64,000 nt of DNA, taken from positions 9,550-73,549 of the forward strand of contig SCUS01000031.1 in NCBI GenBank assembly GCA_004297725.1. Direction: 5' to 3'. Both the position numbers and the translations under genes were made by a program. Each line of letters starts with the position of its first letter. Position 1 is the stretch's first letter. Below the pieces are notes generated by a model. It was not told the DNA's origin and searched no databases. It was given only the letters and a program-made list of their open reading frames with translations. Positions 28,253 through 37,263 of this stretch are shown here, piece after piece. The DNA is from Myxococcaceae bacterium (GTDB lineage Bacteria; Myxococcota_A; Polyangia; Polyangiales; Ga0077539).

Positions 28253-29781
28253 TCCTTGCTCTCCGGCGTTGGGGGATTGCTGGCGCGGGGCGCGAGCGGC
28301 GGCGGGCTCGCGCCCGGCAGCTCGATGAGAAACAGGGTGCCCTGGCCGCAGGCGCTCGTGACCTTGATGCGCCCGCCGTGCGACTCGACGATCTGTCGGA
28401 CGATCGCGAGCCCCAGCCCGGTGCCCCCGGCGAGCGGCGAGCGGGCCGTCTCCACCCGGTAGAAGCGATCGAAGAGGTGCGGCAGGTGCTCCGGGGGAAC
28501 GCCCTGTCCCGTGTCGGCCACGGTGATCTCCACGTGCCCGCGCGTCGACACGGCGGAGAGCGTCACCGAGCCCCCGCGGGGCGTGTAGCGCAGCGCGTTG
28601 TCGACGAGGTTCATGAACACCTGCACCAGGCGGTCGCGGTCGCCTCGCACCGCGAGCGCGCGGTCGGACACGCGCGCCTCCAGCGTGACGCCGAGCTCGG
28701 CGGCCCGCGCGGCGTTGGTGAGCGCCACCTCGTCGAGCACCTCCGCCAGGTTGAGGGGCGTGAGGGACGGGACGTAGTGGCCGCTCTCGATCTGCGCGAG
28801 GTCGAGGAGCTGCGTGACCATGCGGGCGAGCCGGTCGGTCTGCGTGAGGATGCGCGGGAGGTAGCGCTCGCGCAGCCCGGCGTCGCTGTCGCCGTACTTC
28901 AAGATCGTCTCGGCCATGCTGCGGATCGCCGTGAGGGGCGTGCGCAGCTCGTGCGAGACGTCCGAGACGTGCCGTCGCCGCAAGCCCTCCAGCACCTCCA
29001 GCCGGGAGGTCATGTGGTTGAGCGTACGGGCCAGCTGGGTGATCTCCTCGGGGCCGCGGACCTCCACCCGGTGCGAGAGGTCGCCCGCCGCGATGCGCTC
29101 GGCGTCGCGCTGGAGCCTCTCGGCCGGCCGCACGATGGTGGCGGCGAACGCGACGGTGCACACCCCGATCGCGAGCGTGTAGAGCAGCACCGCCGCCAGG
29201 AGGGTCTGGCGCAGCCGCGACACGCGCTGCCGGAGGGTCGTGAGGGTGTGGGCCACGCGCACCACCCCGGTCACCTGGCCGCCGTACCAGGCCGGGACGT
29301 TCACGTACATCGTGTCTTCGTGGGCGAAGTTGGGCGAGCGCCACACCGTCGCGTTGCTGCGGCCGCCGAGCGCGGCGCGCATCCCAGGGCGGCGGGAGTC
29401 GTCGATGGGCACGCCGACGCCTTCGCCCACCGACGAGGCGCGCACGACGCCCCGCGCGTCGGCGATGGTGACCCGCGCGTCGGACCGGCGCCGCCAGCGG
29501 CTGGCGATGGCCTCCGGGCCGAAGGCGTCGTCGGGCAGGGAGCCGGTGCGGGCGGCGGCCAGCGAGGGCGCGACCGTGTCGGCCATGAGCAGGGCCTGGG
29601 CCGCGATGTCGGCCTCGAGCTGCTGGAGGTAGAAGCGCCAGAGGACGGAGCTCGCCGCCAGCGTGAACACCAGCAGCGGCAGCGCGAGGATGAGCAGGCT
29701 CCCGGTGATCATCCTGCGGCGGATCGAGCGCGTCAGGCCGAACATCGGGCCCTTCGGCGCGGACGACGCGTCATCGCGCAT
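28249..29781 (-). CDS. sensor histidine kinase (2 TM, HAMP, HisKA, HATPase_c)
   Basis: H-box VSHELRTPLTAI, N-box DNALRYT, G-boxes DTGQGVP and GTGLGLAIV. The start is uncertain (29781 or 29745). Confidence 0.9.
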   Translation of the reverse strand: MRDDASSAPKGPMFGLTRSIRRRMITGSLLILALPLLVFTLAASSVLWRFYLQQLEADIAAQALLMADTVAPSLAAARTGSLPDDAFGPEAIASRWRRRSDARVTIADARGVVRASSVGEGVGVPIDDSRRPGMRAALGGRSNATVWRSPNFAHEDTMYVNVPAWYGGQVTGVVRVAHTLTTLRQRVSRLRQTLLAAVLLYTLAIGVCTVAFAATIVRPAERLQRDAERIAAGDLSHRVEVRGPEEITQLARTLNHMTSRLEVLEGLRRRHVSDVSHELRTPLTAIRSMAETILKYGDSDAGLRERYLPRILTQTDRLARMVTQLLDLAQIESGHYVPSLTPLNLAEVLDEVALTNAARAAELGVTLEARVSDRALAVRGDRDRLVQVFMNLVDNALRYTPRGGSVTLSAVSTRGHVEITVADTGQGVPPEHLPHLFDRFYRVETARSPLAGGTGLGLAIVRQIVESHGGRIKVTSACGQGTLFLIELPGASPPPLAPRASNPPTPESKE

Positions 29782-29924
29782 GGGACGCTGCGTGGTGTGA
29801 CCGCGTGACCCCGTCAAGTGTGGCGAGGTCGCCCCACCGCGCGACGGTCGGACAGGCCGATGCGCGGCGGTATCACGGAGGTCGGCGTTGACCGCGTCGA
29901 CCGCGGCTTGCGACGATCGTCCCG

Positions 29925-31148
29925 ATGGAGACGCTGTCGCTCGAGCCCGGGCAGATCATCGACCGGGAGTACAAGGTCGAGCGGCTCCTCTCCCAGGGCG
30001 GCATGGGGGCCGTGTACGTGGTGGAGCACGTCACCACCGGCAAGCGCCGCGCGCTCAAGGTGATGCTGCCTCACCTGGTGCGCGACCAGGCGAGCCGCGC
30101 CCGCTTCGAGCGCGAGGCCCGCATCGGCGCGCGCATCGAGAGCGACAACGTGGTCGACGTGGTCGACGCGGGGGTCGACGAGGGCACGGGCCTGCCCTTC
30201 CTGGTCATGGAGCTTCTCGACGGCGTCGACCTCGACCACGTGATCGAGAGCCACAAGACCATTCCCCCCGCGGGGGTGGCGGACATCGTCGATCAGCTCT
30301 GCGACGCCCTCGGCCGGGGCCACGCCATCGGGGTCGTGCACTCCGACCTCAAGCCCGAGAACGTCTTCCTGGAGAAGCCCCGGCGCCGCGGCGTGGCCTT
30401 CACGGTCAAGGTCATGGACTTCGGCATCGCCAAGCTCATCTCCGACGAGGTGCGCGAGGCGAGGGTCACCACCCCGATGGGATCGCCCCTCTGGATGGCC
30501 CCCGAGCAGACCCAGCGCGGCGCCGCGATCACCCCGGCCACGGACGTCTGGGCCCTCGGGCTGCTGGTCTACCGGATGCTCACCGGGGTCTCGTACTGGC
30601 GGGGCGCCAACGCGCCCGACGGGACGGTCAGCGTCGGGGGCCTGGTGCTGGAGGTGGTGGTGAAGCCCCTCGATCCGGCGTCGCTGAGGGCGCGGGAGAT
30701 GGGCGTCGCGGCCCTGCTGCCCTCGGGCTTCGACGGGTGGTTCGCCCGCTGCGTGGTGCGCGAGCAGGACCAGCGCTTCGCCAACGCCTCGCTGGCGTGG
30801 GACGCGCTGGAGCCGATCCTCGGGGGTGCGCCCAGAGCCGCGCCCGCGCCGCACGTCGCGACGCAGGCCGCACCGCCGTATCACCCGCCGACGCAGGTGG
30901 CCCCGATGCCGGGATCGTGGGGCGGTCCCTCGGCTCCCACCGGGCCGCAGTCGTGGTCGCAGCCCGTCGCGCCGCAGGAGGTGCGGTGGCCCATGGTCCA
31001 GCAGCGGGTCTATGCGTCGGTGCAGGGAGGGCCGTACCAGATGGCGACGGTGCTCGAGGTGAACAAGCCGTCGGCGATGATCCGCATCCGGCTCGACGGC
31101 GGGGCGGAGGGGTGGGTGCCCGCCTCGCACCTGCGCTCCACGTCGTGA
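29925..31148 (+). CDS. Hanks-type Ser/Thr protein kinase with a Pro-rich linker and small C-terminal beta domain
   Basis: QGGMGAVYVV...ALKVM, HSDLKPENVFL, DFGIAKL, APEQ. The C-terminal YQMATVLEVNKPSAMIRIRLDGGAEGWVPASHL looks SH3/Tudor-like. Confidence 0.9.
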   Translation: METLSLEPGQIIDREYKVERLLSQGGMGAVYVVEHVTTGKRRALKVMLPHLVRDQASRARFEREARIGARIESDNVVDVVDAGVDEGTGLPFLVMELLDGVDLDHVIESHKTIPPAGVADIVDQLCDALGRGHAIGVVHSDLKPENVFLEKPRRRGVAFTVKVMDFGIAKLISDEVREARVTTPMGSPLWMAPEQTQRGAAITPATDVWALGLLVYRMLTGVSYWRGANAPDGTVSVGGLVLEVVVKPLDPASLRAREMGVAALLPSGFDGWFARCVVREQDQRFANASLAWDALEPILGGAPRAAPAPHVATQAAPPYHPPTQVAPMPGSWGGPSAPTGPQSWSQPVAPQEVRWPMVQQRVYASVQGGPYQMATVLEVNKPSAMIRIRLDGGAEGWVPASHLRSTS

Positions 31149-31305
31149 GCACCGCGGGGCGCGCCCGGAGCGTGCGCTGCCACCATGACCGCGCCGAGGT
31201 CGATGTATCTTACCCCCCAATGCCCCGCTGCTCAGGCTCTCGCTCCTCGCGCCCTGCGCGCTGCCCCTCACCTGCGGCTCCGCGCGACGCGCTGAGGTCC
31301 ACACG

Positions 31306-31782
31306 ATGAGCCCGGAGGGCGAGACACGCTTCTCTCTGCGCTTCTTGCGCGGCACCTGCCCCTTCGCCTACGAGCACGAGCGCTGGTTCGCCGGCGTCTG
31401 CCGCCTCGACGCGGGCGACGCCATCGTCGCCGTCGACGAGCGCGACGTGCTCGTCTACGAGGTGCTGGGCGCCCGGCGCTTCGAGATCGCGATCACCCTC
31501 ACCGAGGCGGCCGCGCGTCGCGTGCAGGCCGCGCGTGTCTCGCTGGTCGAGGTGCCCGTGGTCGTGAGCCTCGACGGCGCGCCGCTCTACGCCGCGAGGG
31601 AGTACGCGCGGATCGGCGCTGCGGCGATCAGGTTCCCGGTGATTCACCTCGACCGCATCGAAGAGGGTGTGCTGCGGGTGCGCCCCTCGCTCGTGCCGAG
31701 CAACGACATGAGTCTGATCGACCGGCCCGAGCTCCGCGCGCTCTTCCACTCGCTCGGTCGCCTGCGCCTCTCCGGCACATAG
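31306..31782 (+). CDS. hypothetical protein
   Basis: 158-aa ORF with balanced composition, unlike the overlapping frames. No motif recognised. Confidence 0.5.
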   Translation: MSPEGETRFSLRFLRGTCPFAYEHERWFAGVCRLDAGDAIVAVDERDVLVYEVLGARRFEIAITLTEAAARRVQAARVSLVEVPVVVSLDGAPLYAAREYARIGAAAIRFPVIHLDRIEEGVLRVRPSLVPSNDMSLIDRPELRALFHSLGRLRLSGT

Positions 31783-32175
31783 GTAGCGCTCGCCGCGCTC
31801 GCCCATGCGGCTGAACCTCCTCGAAGGACACACGCGACACCGCGTTGAGCAGCGCCGGATCGCGCGTCACCGGCAGCCGCACGGGCGGGCGCGGCGGAGC
31901 GTGTTGGTCCCGCCGCCTCGGACGTCTCGCGGAACCTCAGGCGCCATCGCGTCGGGAAGTGATGGGTTGAGATGGTCGCTCGCAACGGATCGGCGGTCGG
32001 TCGCGCACGGAGCCCGCGAGCGCATCAGCCCTTCAGGTCCCCTGTGGAAAGGTACTAGCGGCCGAGTGCCTCGACGTGGCGTTGATGGACCACCTCGCGT
32101 TGGCTGCGCTGCGCTGGGCTGGCGACCAGCCGGTCGGACTCGCCGAAGGTTGCTCCCCGTAGTACGGAACCCCAG

Positions 32176-34236
32176 GTGTCGACGCATCGCGCCCCGGTCT
32201 CCGCAACCCTCCTCCTCTGCGCCTCGAACCTCGTTCTCGGCTGCGCCGCAACGCTGACCTCGAACGACGCCCCCGCGGACGCACGCGTACCTTCGAGCGA
32301 CCTCGGCGCCGCCGCATCCGTCGACGCCGTCGTCGATGGGACGGTCGACGCACCCGACGCACCCGACGCACCCGACGCGCCCGACGCACCCGACGCACCC
32401 GACGCACCCGACGCACCCGACGCACCCGACGTCCCCCTGTTCGTCGGCCCGGCGTTGCGTCAGTCCTACCCGCAGCGCGACGGTCGCTGCACGCGCTGGG
32501 CGGCGTGGCCGGGCGACCTCAACCTCATCAACGGCGTGGCCGACGGGGGCCAGCTCTGGCTCGCGTACCAGTCGCGGACCGAGCGCTACATCGCCCACTT
32601 CCGCGACGGCGAGTGGACCCGCATCGCAGCCCCGACCATCCCGGTTTCCGAAGACTCCACCCTGACCGTGAGCTTCCGCGACGGTCGGCTGCTCGCCGAG
32701 ATCTACACCTACGGACCGCGCCTCACGCTGGCCCTGGAGGGCGACACCTGGCGGCAGATCGCGTCCGAGGTCTCGCCGCCGCTGCGCTCGGAGGACGGCC
32801 GCCGCGTCGAGGTGCGCGACCGCGAGGTCTGGGTGGTCGACGGCCCCGGCGAGCGCCGCGCGTCGCCCGCCTCCGACGACCGCGACGTCCCGCGCCTGCT
32901 CGGCACTGTCGACGGCTTCTGGATCGTCCGCACCCGTTCGATCGAGCGCTGCAACGCCGCCGGCTGCGCCACGGCGCTCGGCCCCGTCGCCTCGCGCCTT
33001 GCTGACGCGACGCTGCTCGGCGGAAGCCTGCTGGTCGTCGAGGGTCTGCCCGGCACCGTCGCGTCGCGGCTGTGGAAGATCGACGACCGTTCCGCGACCG
33101 TGGTGCCGCTGCCCTCGAAGGAGGCTTGCACCGCGAACTCGTCGCTGCGGCTCGCGCCCCTGGCCGACCGCGCGCTGGTCGTGAGCTACTGCAACGTCGG
33201 CCCCCGCTACTACGCCCGCCGCGCGGACGCCTGGGACCTCCTCCCGGCGCCACCGGCGTCGCCGACCGGGGAGCGCATCACGGTGAGCACCGAGGGGGAC
33301 GTCTACTTTGGCGCGTCGTGGCGGCTGCGGCCCCGCGCGACGGCGTGGGAGGCGCTCCCCCGGGTTGATCCGCCCGGCGTCGGCGTGGTGGGTCGCTCGG
33401 GCGCCGAGCTCTACGCCGTGTCGCCGACGGCGGTGAACCGGCTCGGCGCCGACGACCGCTGGCGGCCGATCGACGGCGCGCCCGCCGGCGTCCGACGGCT
33501 CTGGCTCTCCCCCGAGGGCGAGCTCTACGCGCTCGTCGGCGGCGCGTCCCCCGAGCGCGGGATCCACCGCTGGGACGGCCGCGCCTGGTCGCACGAGCTG
33601 GTCGGCGCGGAGTACTTCGAGGCCGTCTACGCACAGGTCGGCGGGCGCGCCGGGGGCGACGTCTGGGTGCGCAGCGGCAGCGCGCTCCTGCACCGCGAGG
33701 CAGGCCGCTGGCGCGAGGTCACCGATCGCCCGTGCGCGGCGGGCTTCGACCTCATCGTGACCGCGCGGCGCGTGGTGCTGCACTGCGCCGGCGACACCAC
33801 GGTCGTCCACGCCCTTCGCGACGGCGTCTGGACCGCTGCTCCACTCCCGCCCGACGAGGCCAGAGCGACGCGCCTCCCGGTGGGCGTGACGGCGACGAGC
33901 AGCTACGATGTCATCATCCGCGGCGAGTCGGGCGCGGAGGTCCGCTCGATCGAGGACGACCGGCGGGAGTCCGTCTCCACAAGCCGGATCCCGTGGACCG
34001 TCCTGGCCGCCTGGAGCCCCTTCGGCCTCGTCGCCGCGCCGGCCGACTCGCGCTTCGGGGTGCTCGGCCCCGACCGCACATGGTCCTTCGTGTCGACCTC
34101 GCTGCTCCCGCTCACCTACCCCGGTTCGACTGCCCAGGTGTGGACCGACGGCGTCACGGCGGTCTTCGCGGAGTCCGTCGAGCCGGTGTTCATGGTCACG
34201 GTGCGCGGCCACGTGGTGCGGTGCGAGCTGCGCTAG
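32176..34236 (+). CDS. lipoprotein with a (DAP)n linker and a probable beta-propeller body
   Basis: GTG start. Lipobox NLVLGC|AA. 9x DAP repeat. Recurrent W/G-containing blade-like segments (DGRAWSHELVGA, GGDVWVRSGSALLHRE). Confidence 0.7.
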   Translation: MSTHRAPVSATLLLCASNLVLGCAATLTSNDAPADARVPSSDLGAAASVDAVVDGTVDAPDAPDAPDAPDAPDAPDAPDAPDAPDVPLFVGPALRQSYPQRDGRCTRWAAWPGDLNLINGVADGGQLWLAYQSRTERYIAHFRDGEWTRIAAPTIPVSEDSTLTVSFRDGRLLAEIYTYGPRLTLALEGDTWRQIASEVSPPLRSEDGRRVEVRDREVWVVDGPGERRASPASDDRDVPRLLGTVDGFWIVRTRSIERCNAAGCATALGPVASRLADATLLGGSLLVVEGLPGTVASRLWKIDDRSATVVPLPSKEACTANSSLRLAPLADRALVVSYCNVGPRYYARRADAWDLLPAPPASPTGERITVSTEGDVYFGASWRLRPRATAWEALPRVDPPGVGVVGRSGAELYAVSPTAVNRLGADDRWRPIDGAPAGVRRLWLSPEGELYALVGGASPERGIHRWDGRAWSHELVGAEYFEAVYAQVGGRAGGDVWVRSGSALLHREAGRWREVTDRPCAAGFDLIVTARRVVLHCAGDTTVVHALRDGVWTAAPLPPDEARATRLPVGVTATSSYDVIIRGESGAEVRSIEDDRRESVSTSRIPWTVLAAWSPFGLVAAPADSRFGVLGPDRTWSFVSTSLLPLTYPGSTAQVWTDGVTAVFAESVEPVFMVTVRGHVVRCELR
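32347..32436. repeat. in-frame 9-bp tandem repeat (gacgcaccc) x9 plus one degenerate unit
   Basis: Read directly: 3 perfect units, 1 variant (gacgcgccc), 5 perfect units, then gacgtcccc. It encodes (DAP)9-DVP. Confidence 0.95.
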
Positions 34237-34359
34237 CGCCCCCGCGCTACGGCTGCGAGCACTGCCCGTTTGAAGCCCGGGGTGGGCGCCAACGCGCGAA
34301 GCCCAGCGTCACACCCGTGTGTCTTCGCGAATTCGCCGAGAGAACTCTCCAGCCCGCTC

Positions 34360-35022
34360 TCAGACGAACCCGCGCTCGACCAACAGGGCGCCGTGCGGGC
34401 TGATCACGTGGCACTCGCCGGAGCCGCCGACCACCCGGCACCAGCTCGTGGCGACGAGCACGTCGCGCTCCGCGAGTCGCTCGAGCCGGTACGAGAAGCC
34501 GCCGTACATGCCCGGGACGGGGAACCACATCTGCGGCTCCGGCAGCTCCAGCAGGGGCTCCAGCTCCGGGAGGCGGAGCTTCGATCGCTCGACGTGCTCG
34601 TTGGCTCGCCCTCGAATGCAGCCGTGGAAGTGACCCTGTATCGCCGAGAGTGCGTCGGCCGGGACGGTGCGCTGGAGCGTCGGGGTCAGCGCGGCCACGA
34701 GGTGCTCGTGGGCGCGGCGGCGCGCGATGTCGACCGGCTGCTCGCCCCGGGCCGTGCGCAGCGTCCGCCAGGCGCCGAGCGCGACGAGGCGGTCGACGAC
34801 CTCCACCGGCGCGCCGCCGTGGGCCGCCTGGTGGAGCGGCGCGTAGAGCGAAGGGCCCCCGGGCCGGGTGGCGTTCGCCCAGAAGGGGCGCTCTTCGAGC
34901 AGCGCCAGCACGGCGTCCCAGTCGCCGGCCTTTGCCCTCGCCGCGAGCTCCTCGCGTCTCGCGGCGATCGTGGCGTCGAGGCCCTCCGCCCGCGTGGCGC
35001 CGTCCCAGCTGATGGTCTCCAT
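34360..35022 (-). CDS. ankyrin-repeat protein with an uncharacterised C-terminal domain
   Basis: YAPLHQAAHGGAPVEVVDRLVALGAWRTLRTARGEQPVDIARRRAHEHLVAAL fits the ANK consensus (.PLH.AA..G....V..L...GA). Confidence 0.65.
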   Translation of the reverse strand: METISWDGATRAEGLDATIAARREELAARAKAGDWDAVLALLEERPFWANATRPGGPSLYAPLHQAAHGGAPVEVVDRLVALGAWRTLRTARGEQPVDIARRRAHEHLVAALTPTLQRTVPADALSAIQGHFHGCIRGRANEHVERSKLRLPELEPLLELPEPQMWFPVPGMYGGFSYRLERLAERDVLVATSWCRVVGGSGECHVISPHGALLVERGFV

Positions 35023-35224
35023 AGGAAGCCTCCGTCGAGCCCGGCTCGCCCGGTGCCGGATCGCAGCGAGGGTCTACCGCGGGGCGTGGCCAGGGCGCCA
35101 CCACGGCCCATCGGCGTCGTGGACCATCACGAGCTGCTCGACACGCGGCGTCAGGATCTCCGCCAGCCACGTCGGAGTACGTCCGGTTGACAGAGAAGCG
35201 GCGTTGGTCCGATAGCGGAGCGCG

Positions 35225-35389
35225 ATGCGACGAGTCGCGGCGCTGACGGCGTGGACAGCGATCGCGCTCCTCGGAGGGTGCGAGCGGGCGCGCACCGAGC
35301 TCGTCGTGAGGGTGGAGTCCGAGGTCGCCTGGGGCTCGGGCCGGGCGCAGGAGACGGTTCGGCCAGTCTTGGGCTGCGTGCCCAACTGA
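35225..35389 (+). CDS. 54-aa lipoprotein-like ORF, possibly a truncated remnant
   Basis: The ATG at 35225 gives MRRVAALTAWTAIALLGGC|ERARTELVVRVESE..., a clean lipobox signal followed by only 35 residues. It is below the track's length cut-off. Confidence 0.3.
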   Translation: MRRVAALTAWTAIALLGGCERARTELVVRVESEVAWGSGRAQETVRPVLGCVPN

Positions 35390-35632
35390 TCGGGCAGGCG
35401 GCGCCTCCGCTCAGTGCCGCGCCTTGTCCTCTGAAAGGCCCGTCAATGCCTCGCCGCAGAGCGAGCACCCGGAGCCCCGGCGGGCTCTCGAGGGCGCGGG
35501 ACTCCTCAGCAATCAATGGTGCTTCGATCGTCGATCTTGATTCCGACGACGAGCGCGCCGATGCTCTTCCCGGGTGTAAGGGGGGATGCCTCGCGCGGCG
35601 TCCGCGCAGCCCTCACCAGGGTACCTACCGCC

Positions 35633-37201
35633 ATGTCACGACTGACCGTTCTCGCTGCGCTACTGAGCTCCTTCACCGCGCTGGCGTGTTCCTCCTCGAC
35701 CACCCACACCGAGGCGGATGCGTCGGTCGACGTCGTGCAGGCGCCGCGGTGCATCCCAGGCGCCGCTGCGGCGTGCGCGTGCCCCAACGGGTCGATGGGC
35801 GCGCAGACCTGCAACGCGACGGGAGCCTTCGAGCCGTGCAACTGCGAGCGCGCGGCCCCGTGCGTGCGGGGCATGAGCGTCGCCTGCGCCTGCTCTGACG
35901 GCCGATCGGGCGCGCAGTCCTGCCTGGGCGATGAAGGGTTCGGCCCGTGCGCTTGCGTCGGTCTCGATGCGGGCTCACCCATCGACGTCCCCCTCCCCGA
36001 CGTGGGCACCCCCGATGTGGGCACCCCCGACGTGGGCACTCCCGACGTGGTCACCCCCGACGTGGTCACCCCCGACGTAGGCACCCCCGACGTGGTCACC
36101 CCCGACGTGGTCACCCCCGACGTAGGCACCCCCGACGTAGGCACCCCCGACGCGTGTGTCCGCATCACCTGTCCCTCCGTGCGCGCCGGCTGCGGTCGCC
36201 ACAACGACGGGTGTGGCGACGTGCTCGACTGCGGGCCGTGTCGCGTGCCGAGCGTGCAGAACGTCCGACTGTCGGCCAACTTCCTGGTGGCCGACCGCGC
36301 GCGCAACGTCATCTACGCGAGCGTGTCGGCCACCGTGCCCATGTACGGCAACCGCGTGGTCGTCATCGACCCGACCTCGGCCACGGTGGTCGGATCGATC
36401 TTCGTGGGGAGCGAGCCCGGGTCGATGGCGATGTCCGACGACGGGCAGGCGCTGTACGTGTCGCTCGTGGGCGCCAACGCCATCCGGCGGATCGACCTGG
36501 CCACGCGCACCGCGACGGAGCAGTTTCCCACCGGCACGACCCGCTTCGGCGACCAGACCCACGCGCGCGACATGGTGGTGATGCCCGGCACCCGCGACGT
36601 GGTCGCCGCCTCCCTCCACCGCGCGTCGGTCTCCCCGAGCTTCGGCGGCGTCGCCGTGTACGAGCGCGGCGTGCGGCGGACGATGGTCACGGCCGACCAC
36701 ACCGGCGCGTCCCTGCTCGTGAGGGGCGACGCGACCCGGCTCTACGGCTTCAACAACCTCCACACGGGCTTCGGCTTCTACGAGATCGGCGTGGACGCCG
36801 CCGGGGCGCGCACCACCCGCGAGGCGCGGGGGCTCGTCGCGGGCTTCTACACCCGGCTCGTCGCGGGCGACGGCCTCGTGTACGCGACCTCCGGCGAGGT
36901 CGTCGACACCGCGACGATGACCGTCTTCGGCCGGTACCCCGCGAGCGGCCTCGTCGTGCCCGACCGCCCGCGGGGGCGGACGTATTTCCTCCGCACCCCG
37001 TCGAGCGGCGCCCTGGTGCTCGACGCGTACGACCACGACATGTTCGTGCTGCTCGACAGCGCGCCCGTCAGCGGTGCCGCGGGGACGCCGGTGCAGGCGG
37101 TGCGCTACGCGCCGGGGGGCCTCGCGCTGCTGACCTCGTCGGGCTCCGCCAGCACCGGGACGATCTACCTCATCCAGAGCGATCTCATCACCTCCGAGTA
37201 G
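35633..37201 (+). CDS. lipoprotein: two six-Cys modules, a (DVGTP)n linker, a Cys knot and a YVTN-type beta-propeller
   Basis: MSRLTVLAALLSSFTALAC|SS lipobox at an internal ATG. Modules CACPNGSMGAQTCNATGAFEPCNC and CACSDGRSGAQSCLGDEGFGPCAC. LYVSLVGANAIRRIDL-type propeller repeats. Confidence 0.75.
   Translation: MSRLTVLAALLSSFTALACSSSTTHTEADASVDVVQAPRCIPGAAAACACPNGSMGAQTCNATGAFEPCNCERAAPCVRGMSVACACSDGRSGAQSCLGDEGFGPCACVGLDAGSPIDVPLPDVGTPDVGTPDVGTPDVVTPDVVTPDVGTPDVVTPDVVTPDVGTPDVGTPDACVRITCPSVRAGCGRHNDGCGDVLDCGPCRVPSVQNVRLSANFLVADRARNVIYASVSATVPMYGNRVVVIDPTSATVVGSIFVGSEPGSMAMSDDGQALYVSLVGANAIRRIDLATRTATEQFPTGTTRFGDQTHARDMVVMPGTRDVVAASLHRASVSPSFGGVAVYERGVRRTMVTADHTGASLLVRGDATRLYGFNNLHTGFGFYEIGVDAAGARTTREARGLVAGFYTRLVAGDGLVYATSGEVVDTATMTVFGRYPASGLVVPDRPRGRTYFLRTPSSGALVLDAYDHDMFVLLDSAPVSGAAGTPVQAVRYAPGGLALLTSSGSASTGTIYLIQSDLITSE
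35999..36148. repeat. in-frame 15-bp tandem repeat x10 (gacgtgggcaccccc / gacgtggtcaccccc variants)
   Basis: Read directly. It encodes DVGTP x3, DVVTP x2, DVGTP, DVVTP x2, DVGTP x2. Confidence 0.95.
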
Positions 37202-37263
37202 TAGCGCGGGGGCCCGTCCGAGGGCGGCGCGGCCCCCTCGACGCGAGCGCGTGCTCTACCCGC

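Noticed and set aside
31186-31305. In-frame lipoprotein-like leader (…PLLRLSLLAPCALPLTCGS…) upstream of the ATG at 31306
   Set aside because: The frame is closed by a TGA at about 31185. There is no ATG, GTG or TTG between that stop and 31306; only CTG is available. I therefore kept the ATG start and did not call a lipoprotein.
31790-32170. Protein-like snippets on the minus strand (e.g. RLPVTRDPALLNAVSRVSFEEV) in the 390-bp intergenic region
   Set aside because: The stretches are short, interrupted by stops, and have no recognisable family. They may be a decayed gene, but that cannot be supported from sequence alone.
32347-36148. Short tandem repeats considered as a possible CRISPR or other array
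   Set aside because: The units are 9 and 15 bp, directly adjacent with no spacers, and in frame within coding sequence. They are coding minisatellites, not CRISPR.
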